Below, one piece after another: positions 53,086 through 64,000 of a DNA stretch of 64,000 nucleotides. Numbering within the stretch: position 1 is the first letter of the stretch; each line of letters begins with the position of its first letter. The notes under the pieces were generated by a model, which saw only the letters and a program-made list of their open reading frames with translations, searched no databases and was not told the origin of the DNA. Source of the DNA: Octopus sinensis (Eukaryota); the NCBI RefSeq assembly GCF_006345805.1, contig NC_043017.1, positions 31,186,001-31,250,000 of the forward strand, written 5' to 3'. The position numbers were made by a program, and so were the translations under genes.

Positions 53086-53674
53086 GTTATTTTATTCATT
53101 TTAAGAAAAAGTACATAATGTGTCTGCAAGCAATTTCTTGATTAATGAAAAGGTCATCAATTAGTGACAGATGCTTACAATCAACCGATGTCCAATTATT
53201 AAAATTAATCATAATGAAATACGACTTAGAAAATTTAAACACTTCTGAATGTATCATATTTTTTGTTGTGTAATGCAGTTATGTAATAAATCAATCTTTA
53301 TTCAAGAAGGATTTTCTAAAAAATATTCTTTATCAATTAGGGATTGACTTCTATTTTCCCCTAATCTACTAAATTAGTCAGTAATTTGCACAAATTTCTA
53401 TGGACCTGCTCGATCCTTCTTGTTATATTTCAAACAATTCAAAGTGTTTGGAAAGAAATATCACGACACATGAAGTCATCATGGTCGTCTTTGTAGAATA
53501 TCAAAATACAGCGATAATATTTTCCTAAATACTAGGCCTTATTTATTATTGGTCAGTTCTGGCGATGGCTTAAATGGTTTACCATTTACTAATTGATCCC
53601 AGATCATTCCTGAACTAAGGCGCTATTCTCTACACACACTTGTGCTTGAGCAGACAACTTTTGAAGTATTAATG

Positions 53675-53772
53675 TGTAATATATATATATATATATATAC
53701 ATAAAGTATATATGTATATATATATATATATATATATTTTTTGTATATATGTATATGTAATATATATGTATG

Positions 53773-53818
<46 letters not shown>

Positions 53819-53824
53819 ATATAT

Positions 53825-53880
<56 letters not shown>

Positions 53881-53915
53881 AATTATATATATATAATATA
53901 TATATATATACATAA
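53675..53915. repeat. (TA)n array
   Basis: Directly visible. Confidence 0.95.
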
Positions 53916-54184
53916 TGTAGGTAGTTAGTGTAAATCCACCTGTTTCCTCTTGAAGTACATTTGCTTATTCCATTATTACAATCCCATATGTAGTCTCAGT
54001 TGCGACTGTGTGTCAGTGCAAAATGCATATTAAAGTCGAAAATTATAGAAAAATTATTTGCAGAGTTATTGTATACTAGAACAGGAAGGTGCTCGAAAAA
54101 TAAGGATTGTTACCTGAGTTCGATGGTAGTGAACAGCTGACACCGTAGTATAGCTCCAGCGTTAGAAGTTGTGCAAAGGCAATA

Positions 54185-54855
54185 AAATAAGAAGAAGAGA
54201 ACGAAGAGGAGAAAGAAGGGGATGTGAAACAGAGGAAGAGATCGAGGAGGAAGGAGAAGAGGTGAAGAAGAACAAGAAGAAGAAGAATGTGGAGGAAGGA
54301 GAAGAGGTGAAGAAGAAGAATAATGAGGAGGAGGAGGAGGAGAAGAAAAAGAAGTAGGAGCAGGAGGAGGAGAAGAAGAAGAAAAAGAAGGAGAAGAGGG
54401 GGGAGGAAGAAGAAGAAGAAGAAGAGGGGGAAGAAGAAGAAGAAGAAGAAGAAGAAGAATGAGGAGGAGGAGGAGGAGAAGAAGAAAAAGAAGTAGGAGC
54501 AGGAGGAGGAGAAGAAGAAGAAAAAGAAGGAGCAGGAGGAGGAGGAGGAGAAGAAGAAGAAGAAGAAAAATAATAATAAGAAGAGGAGGTGAAGAAGAAA
54601 AATAAGAAAAGAGAGAAAAAGAAGAAAGAAAGTAGAGAAGAAGGAAGAGAAGAAAAATAAGAAGAAGAAGAGGAGGAAGAAGAAGAAGAAAAATAAGAAG
54701 AAGAAGAAAAATAAGAAGAAGAGGAGGAAGAAGAAGAAGAAGAAGAAGAAGAAGAAGAAAAATAATAATAAGAGGAGGAGGAAGAAGAAGAAGAAGAAGA
54801 AGAAGAAGAAGAAGAAGAAGAAGAAGAGGATGAGGGGGAAGAAAAAGAAGAAGAT
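54185..54855. repeat. (GAA)n/(GGA)n purine-rich array with higher-order duplication
   Basis: Directly visible. Confidence 0.95.
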
Positions 54856-55277
54856 TGGCCCTTCGTTATTTATTGGTTTGTGAATTAGATCAAGTGTCTC
54901 TTCGTTAATCAATAAGCTCGCTACATCTTGGAAAACAAGCATATCATTGTCGCATGAGAATGCCGTAATATTATTTATAGATTCTTATTTGGCTATTTTC
55001 GGTAACATGCCTATGTCCATTATTGTTATAGGTAATATAGGATTGTATTTATAGCAGTGGCTGTCTATCATTGCAGTTGCATCAATTAAAAACGGAGAAA
55101 CATCTTTTCACTGCCAAACACGTTTAATTCACCAACTAATGCGGTGTAATTTATTAGCTTTTCATCTAGCTTCCGGATTATCAAGCCAGCAAATTGACCC
55201 CCATCTAAGACAGTCAGAGATGTGAATCTGATGTCTAATACTCATTGGTTTGATTGGCAGAATCGTTCAAGCTCGTT

Positions 55278-55840
55278 AAGGCAGTGAGCTTGGCAGAAAC
55301 GTTAGCACGCCGGGCGAAATGCTTAGCGGCATTTCGTCTGCTGTTACGTTCTGAGTTCAAATTCCACCGAGGTCGACTTTACCTTTCATCCTTTCGGAAT
55401 CGATTAAATAAGTACCAGTTACGCACTGGGGTTGATATAATCGTCATAATCCGTTTGTCTGTCCTTGTTTGTCCTCTTTGCGTTTAGCCCCTTGTGGGTA
55501 GTAAAGTAATAGGTATTTCGTCTGTCGTTACGTTCTGAGTTCAAATTCCACCGAGGTCGACTTTACCTTTCATCCTTTCGGGGGCGATAAATTGAGTACC
55601 AGTTACGCACTGGGGTCCATGTAATCGACTTAATACCTATGCCTCTCCTTTTTTGACCCCTCTATGTTTAGCCCCTTCTGGGTAATAAAGAAATAGGTAA
55701 TTTGTCTGCCGCTACGTTCTGAGTTCAAATTCCGCCGAGGTCGACTTTGCCTCCTATCATTGCGGGATTGGAGAACTGGGATCGATGCAATCGATTCATC
55801 CCTCTCCAAATTTAAAGCCTTATGCCTATCTATACTAAAA
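55278..55840 (+). mobile_element. SINE family B multimer (head + 3 units)
   Basis: Same unit; the terminal unit is decayed. Confidence 0.85.
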
Positions 55841-55934
55841 TGGTTTATCCTCAACATCATTATCATCATCATCATCATAATCTTCATCATCATCATTATC
55901 ATCATCATCATCATCATCATCATTATCACAATTA

Positions 55935-56055
55935 TTGATAGTGAGATAGGGAGTAACGCGTGCCATCAAGGTGACACTGCGGTAAAATTTACAAAGCCCA
56001 ATCTACCCATCAACACTAATCGTCTGGTATAGATACACCAGACACATGCACCACA
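55935..56055 (-). mobile_element. Diverged family T 3' end
   Basis: Reverse complement gatgggtagattgggctttgtaaattttaccgcagtgtcaccttgatggca matches 44127-44175. Confidence 0.7.
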
Positions 56056-56112
56056 GTTCTTCTTCCTCCTCGTTCTCTTCTTCTGTTTCAACACCACTTC
56101 TGCCTCCTCTTC

Positions 56113-56912
56113 GTTCTTGCACTTCCTGTAGGGATGGTAAGCCTGGTATCATTTTCAAATAGGTTTCAGTACCTTTTTTTAAATCATTCTTAGAGATCCT
56201 ACAATCACTGGTACTGTAGTCACCTTGAGATGCCACATTTTTTCAATTTCTATTAGCAAGTCTTTATATTTACTGATCTTGTCAAATTCTTTGGCCGTTA
56301 TATTGTGATCGCAACGAATACTCATGTCAATTGATAAACACATATTTTTTGTCTGATCTTTAATAATATCCGATTTAGAAGCTTTTATAGTCTTGTCGGT
56401 CTGTACGAGGAAGTCCCAGAGAATCGATACGTTCCCCCTCAGTCACAGCTTCAGGATGGTATTTATACCATTTGTTAGCGATTTTATAATGCCGGCATAT
56501 TGTCCAATGTAAATACTGGCCGACTCTGTTCTCTAGCTTTATATTCTACAGGTGCTAAGGCTCTACACCCTGAGATTAGGTGGTCTATAGTTTCAATCTC
56601 ATCGTTACAGAATCGGCATTTTGAGTCAGCTTCATTTTTTATCACATTGGCTTGGTTCATCCGGGTTAATAAGCTTTGGTCGTAAGCAGCTAATATGAAA
56701 CAGTCACTCTCTGCTTTTAGCCCTGAGCTTCGTAACCATTGGTGCGTGTGTTTCTGGTCGACATAAACCTGTTTCCTACGGGTCACATACTTCCCATGCA
56801 GAGGTTTCTCTTCCCATCTGCTAGCTAATTTTTCATGTGCTTTTGTCTTTGCAATTAATTTTCTTTTCTTTGCAGCAGTAGTTGGCGCATTTCCTTCAAC
56901 CTGATCAATTTC
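56113..56912 (-). pseudogene. Older R4/Dong-clade LINE fragment
   Basis: WEEKPLHGKYVTR...HQWLRSSGLKAES...CRFCNDEIETIDHLISGC...MIPGLPSLQEVQ; paralogous to 42156-43292. Confidence 0.9.
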
Positions 56913-56922
56913 ATAATCGTCG

Positions 56923-56973
<51 letters not shown>

Positions 56974-57009
56974 CCATCATCATTATCATCATCATTATTA
57001 TTATTATTA

Positions 57010-57165
57010 TTACATGGTGACTTTTGCTTTGTATTTGTACAAGTGGACTCCAAGTCTCAACCAGAGACCTCAAGAGACAGCAAGTTAGAAATTCCAGTTG
57101 GTGTTATGCCTATGGTATTAAACATTTGGTTCTGCACATAGTATTGCTCTGGAGAATGTTTAAGA
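57010..57165 (-). mobile_element. 3' end of the second (TAA)n-tailed LINE family
   Basis: Homologous to 44271-44405. Confidence 0.65.
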
Positions 57166-57629
57166 AAACAGAAGAAAATTAAGAAGACATTTATCATCAT
57201 CATCAGTAGTAAGTAGTAGTAGTAGTAGTAGCAGTAGCAGCAGCATCAGTAGTAAGCAGACGTGTTTTCCAGCGCACCTTCGCTGTAATGCCGAGTACGT
57301 TTCTGTGTGGAGTGTTTCGTTTTGGTATTGCAGTTTTTAACAGCATTGAAAGTGCTCTAAACAATATACACCCGGCGCATTGTAGCGCTATTTTTCTCTG
57401 CCCTATACATGTTTGGGATAGAGAAAATAGCGTTAGGATACACATTGTACGTTTTTACTTATCACTCCCCAAAAAGCACCTGTTGTTATAATGATCATTT
57501 CTGCTTGCACACCGCACATTCGGTTTAGCTCTGCTGCCATCTTTATATTTATATTTGGTAATTTTGAAAATTTCTTTCAAAATAGGTTCTGAAATGCTAT
57601 AAGCGATACATACGTTATAGTTGCCTTTT

Positions 57630-58350
57630 TGCTCATTCTATCGGTCCCTTACGCCGAACCACTAAGTGACGATGACATAAATAAACCAACACCAGTTTTC
57701 AAGCTGTGGTAGGTAACAAACGCAAAAACGAATACACACACAAATATAGACATATACATACATATCTAAGGCGGCGAGCTAGCAGAAACGTTAGCACGCC
57801 AGGCGAAATGCGTAGCCGTATTTCGTCTGTCGTTATGTTCCGAGTTCAAATTCTGCCGAGGTCGACTTTGCCTTTCATCCTTTCGGGGTCGATAAATTAA
57901 GTACCAGTTACGCACTGGGGTCGATGTAATCGACTTAATCCGTTTGTCTGTCCTTGTTTGTCCCCTCTGTGTTTAGCCCCTTGTGGGTAGTAAAGAAATA
58001 GGTATTTCGTCTGTCGTCACGTTCTGAGTTAAAATTCCGCCGAGGTCGACTTTGCCTTTCATCCTCTCGGGGTCGATAAATAAAGTACCAGTTACGCACT
58101 AGGGTCGATGTAATCGACTTAATCCGTTTGTCTGTCCTTGTTTGTCCCCTCTGTGTTTAGCCACTTGTGTGTAGTAAAGAAATATATAGATACATATCTA
58201 TACGATATGCTTCTTCATGTTCTACCGACGAAATCCACTCACACGGTGTGGGCCGACCCGGCATTATAACAGAAGGCACAGCCAAAAGTTGCATGCAGTA
58301 GAACTGAACCTGAAACAATGTGTTGGCGAAGCAAACTTCTTATGACACCA
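57630..58350 (-). mobile_element. Decayed SINE family A containing a nested SINE-B dimer (57768-58183, plus strand)
   Basis: A fragments lie on both sides; the B head + 2 units sit in A's microsatellite region, flanked by tacatatcta. Confidence 0.75.
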
Positions 58351-58949
58351 CCAAGTCTGAATATATATTTTTCGACGTTGCTTGCTTCGGTTATGACATA
58401 CCTCTTAAGATAACTGTGCCTGTGTGATAACCACGTTTTCTTTGTAACCAGAGGGACTTTTTCACGTATTATTTCATTTATCTTCGAAATGAATTTTTCA
58501 TATTCTTTATTAATGAAGTTTAGGATTGCCATTATTATCTCATCGTTGTGTTTTATCTTATGCCGTCCATTTTTTTTTTTTTTTTGCCCTTACGGAGACC
58601 TATTTTTTCTCGATTCTTGATTTATAGGTATTTTAGCGGGCCAAGGTCAGTATTTCCACATTTAGAATTTCTTTTCTTAATTTTTTCTCATGCGCTAAGC
58701 GACATGAAAATAATCACATCGTGTCAGAATCACGAAAAGATATATTAAAGCACAAACACATAATCGTCAGTTTGATGTCCATATTTTAAGTCTAAATGAA
58801 GCCGGGTTTCGTGAAGAATGCACAGTAGTTACTGCTTTTGCTATCGTTATTTAACACCAGGTCAACACCACCTCAGCAGTCTGTGATGAAAGGCTTTCCA
58901 GTTATGTTCTTCACTCCGTAAATGATTAACTAGGACTACATTATGAAGT

Positions 58950-59262
58950 TGGAGGCGAAATGGTCTAGTGGTTAGGGCAGCGGACTCGCGGTCGTGGGAT
59001 CACGGTTTCTATTCCCAGACCGGGCGTTGTAAGTGTTTATTGAGCGAAAACACCTAAAGCACCACGAGGCCCCCGCCGGGGGTGGTAGCGATCCCTGCTG
59101 TACTCTTTTGTCACAACTTTCTCTCACTCTTTTATTCTGCTGGCTTGCTCGCTTAGCCAGCGGGGTGGAGTCATCTGGAGGCTAAAACAATGCGAAGCGC
59201 ATTGTGAACAGCGATGTGTAGCAACACCTGATAGCCTGGTCGGTTACGGTGGTCACGGTGAT
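58950..59262 (+). mobile_element. SINE family C, tail type 2
   Basis: Matches 5225-5528. Confidence 0.85.
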
Positions 59263-59271
59263 ATATATATA

Positions 59272-59520
59272 GTGGAGTCGCGTGGCTTACTGGTTAGGGT
59301 GTTGCACTAATGATCGTATGGTTATGGTTTCGATTCCTGGACCGGCGATGCTTTGTGTTCTTGAGCAAAACACTTCATTTCACGTTGCTCCAGTCCACTC
59401 AGCTGGCAAAAATGAGTAATCCTGTGTCGGACCGGCGTCCAGTTCTGGTGGGGAATTTCTTCGCCACTGAAACCAAGAAAGCGTCCCTTACGAGCCTGGC
59501 ATGGCTCGGGAAGGAACATT
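59272..59520 (+). mobile_element. SINE family D with tail type 3
   Basis: Head gcgtggcttactggttagggtg, D body cttgagcaaaacacttcatttcacgttgctccagtccactcagctgg, tail ggaccggcgtccag...gagcctggc. Confidence 0.75.
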
Positions 59521-59829
59521 TTTTTTGATATATATTATGAAGTATGCGCTTCTGTTTCCAATATGATTCAGGTTGAATTAAGAGAGGTTTGTTTACTACA
59601 TTTAGCAACACGTGTGTCCATGGTCGAAATTGCATAAATCTCTTACATTTTGTGTCAAATTGCCAACGTCAGGAAACAAATTTAATTATTATTCAGAAGC
59701 GGGGATTGTTAATTATTTCATCGATTTCACTTTATTGAATGTTTAAGTTACTTTTTATTGTAAAGGGATGTTACACAATGCTCTAATGGACAGGAACAGA
59801 AACATAAACACAAATTTTTTTATATGAAT

Positions 59830-59865
59830 ATGTATATGTGTATGTATGTAGGTATGGATTCCTCA

Positions 59866-59906
<41 letters not shown>

Positions 59907-60089
59907 GATATATATATTTATATATGTATGTATATATATTTACATATGTATATATGTATGTATTTATATATGTATATATATATATGTATATATGTATGTA
60001 TATATGCATGTATATGTATGCATATATATATATGTAGGTATATAATATATATATATATATGTATGCATGCATATATATATATATATATG

Positions 60090-60120
<31 letters not shown>

Positions 60121-60420
60121 ATGCATGCATGTATATATATATATGTTTTAAAATATCTTATTTATATAAATGTATATATATGTATGGTTATGTATGTATA
60201 TATATTTACATATGTATATATGTATATATTTATACATGCATATATATGTGTATGTGTATATGTATATATGCATGTATATGTGTGCATATATATGTATGTA
60301 TGTATATATATATATATATATATATGTACGTTTGTATATATGTATAAGTGTATATATGAATGTATATATATATGTATGTATGTATATACACACATACTTT
60401 CTCGCACACATATACATACA
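59830..60420. repeat. (TC)n plus degenerate (TA/TATG)n array
   Basis: Directly visible. Confidence 0.95.
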
Positions 60421-60849
60421 TAAAAGGATGGGATTATTCGATAGAAAAATAGAGACAATAAACTAGATCAAATAAAAATGATATTTATTAATATCAAACA
60501 TTCCCAAACAAACCACATATTGTTCAATATATATGTGTGTACATCAAGAGTATGTTTTGCTCCAAAGAACTTCTCAAAATAATTTTGGAAATATTCTACG
60601 GAGCGAAACAAACGGGACATTTGTCAACGCAATTAAGTTTGTGCGTGTTTATATGTGTACATGTATGTATACGCATGTATGGGTGTGTAGTTATGTATGT
60701 GTGTATGTATGCGTGAATGTATGTGTGTGTGTGTACTTGAGATGGCGTTTATATATTTTCTATTAACCGTATCCGACTCGGGAGGTGCTGACACAAAATG
60801 TTGCTTAAAGAGTTCGAACCCAGAACACATAGCTCCCAATAAGACGTAT

Positions 60850-61268
60850 TCTCTTTTACTCTTTTACTTCTTTCAGTCATCTGACTGCGGCCATGCTGGG
60901 GCACCGCATTTAATTGACCAAATCGACCACAGAACTTATTCTTTGGAAGCCTGGAACTTATTCTATCGTTCTCTTTTGCCGAACCGCTAATGTACGGGAC
61001 GTAAACACACCAGCATCTGTTGTCAAGCGATGATGGGGGAACAAACACAGAAACACAAACACAAAATGGAAGAAGTCCGTCGTATATATGTATATATATA
61101 TATATATATAGATATATATATACATATACATGGACTTCTTCCATTTTCCGCCTACCAAATCCATTCACAAGGCTTTGGTCGGCCCGAGGTTATAGCAGAA
61201 GACACATGCCCAAGGTATCACGCAGTGGGACTGAACCCGGAACCATGTGGTTGGTAAGCAAGCTACTT
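60850..61268 (-). mobile_element. SINE family A
   Basis: Reverse complement of the A consensus. Confidence 0.85.
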
Positions 61269-61559
61269 TATTTCATAAAAATTGTCATATAGAAAGTACA
61301 AAGATTGTGTGGCTTTGCGGGATAGGCAACCATTTTAATGAATGAAAATGAAATAAAATGAATAAATGAGAGACGAAACCCAACACTCGCCGATTGGATT
61401 TTTCTCGAAAACATATCTTCTTATTTTTAAAAATTAATATGAGGCTTCAAACCTTTCAAACAAGAAGGAGGCACTAAAACCTCTTAACATGTTTTTTTTT
61501 TACAACACAACCTCTCCTACACCTTAACAATACAGATACATCTGCACCTAGTCATGAGT

Positions 61560-61767
61560 TTTTCTCTTTTCTCTTTCTCTTTTATTTTGTTTCAGTCATT
61601 TGACTGCGGCCATGCTGGAGCACCGCCTTTAGTCGAGCAAATCGACCCCAGGACTTATTCTTTGTAAGCACAGTACTTATTCTATCGGTCTCTTTTGCCG
61701 TACCGCTAAGTTACAGGGACGCAAACACACCAGCATCGGTTGTCAAGCGAAGTTGGGGGACAAACAA

Positions 61768-61812
<45 letters not shown>

Positions 61813-61970
61813 TATGACTGGCTTCTTTCAGTTTCCGTCTACCAAATCCACTCACAAGGCATTAGTCGGCCCGAGACTATAGCAGAAGACAGTTGCCCAA
61901 GATGCCACGCAGTGGGACTGAACCCGGAACCATGTGGTTGGTAAGCAAGCTACTTACCACACAGCCACTC
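61560..61970 (-). mobile_element. SINE family A
   Basis: Reverse complement of the A consensus. Confidence 0.9.
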
Positions 61971-62479
61971 AAGAATACTCTAAACACTTCACCTACTGGA
62001 TTATAAACAGACTCAAAGCATCCCATACAATACACTTTCGACTATCCTTCTTTATTTTTCCTCCATACAAATTCTCTTCGTGTCTCTCCTCTCAATATTT
62101 CCTTCACACTTGCATTAAAAAACTTTCTAATTTTCTTTTTTTATTTTTACTTTTTTTTGGTTATCTTATTAGCTTCAGTTGAAATATTTCACAAACCACA
62201 ACACTCTATATTGCTGCTGCTGCTGCTGCTACCGCTGCTACCGTTGCTTTCTGCTAAAATTATGTTGAGACTGATCGTTGCAGGAGTGTCTTTGTATTTC
62301 CTCACTACTGTTGTGAGTGATGATGATGATGGGTTAGGTGGAGTGGGGTGGCGGCGGAGCTGGATGTGGTTGTTCGATCGGGTGTCTGTTGTTAGTTTTG
62401 TAACGATAACTGCAAACAATATCGTATCGTCACCATTAGCAACAGCCTCCTCATCAAATTTCATATTGTTATGCTGATT

Positions 62480-62692
62480 GATCATCGTCATTATCATTAA
62501 CATCATCAACGTGAAATTCATCCATTCATTTTATTCATCATCATCATCATCATCATCATCATTATTATTATTATTGATATTATTATTATTATTGTTGTTG
62601 TTGTTGTTGTTATCATCGTTATCATCAACATTATTATTATTAGTATTATTATTATCCTCATTATTGTTATTGTTATTAACATCATCATCATC

Positions 62693-62730
<38 letters not shown>

Positions 62731-62735
62731 CATCA

Positions 62736-62777
<42 letters not shown>

Positions 62778-62873
62778 TTATTATTATTATTTTTATTATT
62801 ATTATTATTATCTTCATTATTATTTTTATTATTATTATCATTATTATAATTATCATTATCATTATTATTTTTA

Positions 62874-62904
<31 letters not shown>

Positions 62905-62912
62905 TATTTTTA

Positions 62913-62943
<31 letters not shown>

Positions 62944-62945
62944 TA

Positions 62946-62987
<42 letters not shown>

Positions 62988-63141
62988 GTATTGTTATTAT
63001 CACCATCATCATCATCATCAACATTATTATTAGTATTAGTATTATTATTATCCTCATTATTGTTATTGTTATTAACATCATCATCATCATCATCATCATC
63101 ACCATTATCATTGTTGTTGTTATACTTGTTGCTACCGTTGC

Positions 63142-63178
<37 letters not shown>

Positions 63179-63751
63179 CCTGTTGTTGTTGTTCTTATCC
63201 GCATCATCGTCTCCATCTCAAACACACTGAAACGATGCTGATACATAAATAGATAAGCATTGTTAATACGGATCATTATATTTGCCAGCCAAAGGATATT
63301 TTCTCACTTTAACAAAGATCTCGACCATAATTGTGTCTGCCTGTCTGTCTGTTTGTTTAGAAGTTTTCAGGTTTTTTCCCCCTTTATTTTTCCCCACCTC
63401 ATCATTGTTGTCAGTGTTGTAGCATTTTCGGTAATGCTACTATTACTACTACTACTACTACTACTACTAATAATAATAATAATAATAATATTAATAATGA
63501 TAATGATAATAATAATAATAATGATAATAATAATAATAAGGATAATAATAATAATAAAAAAAATGATAATAATAATAATAATAAAAATGATGATGATAAT
63601 AATAATAATGATAATAACAATAATAATAATAATGATAATAATAATAATAATGACGATGATGACAATAATAATAATATTAGTAATAATAATAATAATGATA
63701 ATAATAATAATAGTAATAATAATAATGATGATGATGATAATAATAATATGA

Positions 63752-63797
<46 letters not shown>

Positions 63798-63830
63798 TAA
63801 TATTAATAATAATAATAATAATAATAATGA
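62480..63830. repeat. Opposed trinucleotide arrays: (ATT/CAT/GTT)n at 62480-63210 and (AAT/GAT)n at 63435-63830
   Basis: Directly visible; a ~90-bp block is duplicated at ~62610 and ~63010. Confidence 0.9.
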
Positions 63831-64000
63831 TACATCCACTAGTACTGACATAGCATCTCGTGCAGAGCATACTAAAACTTGCATGCAAGGTAGCAACATT
63901 TCTATTTCGGTTCTACAACTACGATACAAGGGACATGCAAATGTCTTCGTAATATATATATATGTATATATATACACATTTATAGAGGTGTATATACACA

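Overview
AT-rich, repeat-saturated eukaryotic DNA. The SINE families and dense (TA)n/(TAA)n/(GAT)n/(GAA)n microsatellites point to an octopus (cephalopod) genome; this is an inference, not a database result. No intact protein-coding gene is visible, and almost all ORF-track entries are microsatellite translations. The window holds four recurrent tRNA-derived SINE groups (labelled A-D here) and decayed RTE-type and R4/Dong-type (restriction-like endonuclease) LINEs. It also contains a Penelope-like RT/GIY-YIG remnant, two mariner remnants, two hAT MITEs, a Helitron 3' end and a 100-N gap (38629-38728). The most notable structures are: (1) several fold-back (hairpin) elements, mostly beside (TA)n, some with minimal hammerhead-ribozyme cores of the Penelope type, including non-canonical variants; (2) a SINE that retroposes as head+(187-bp unit)n multimers; (3) SINE heads that swap at least five different tails; (4) a hAT MITE and a mariner end carrying inverted copies of nearby DNA; (5) trains of TAA-targeting retroelements; (6) SINE-A orientation flipping exactly at the gap; (7) a tentative minus-strand micro-exon chain.
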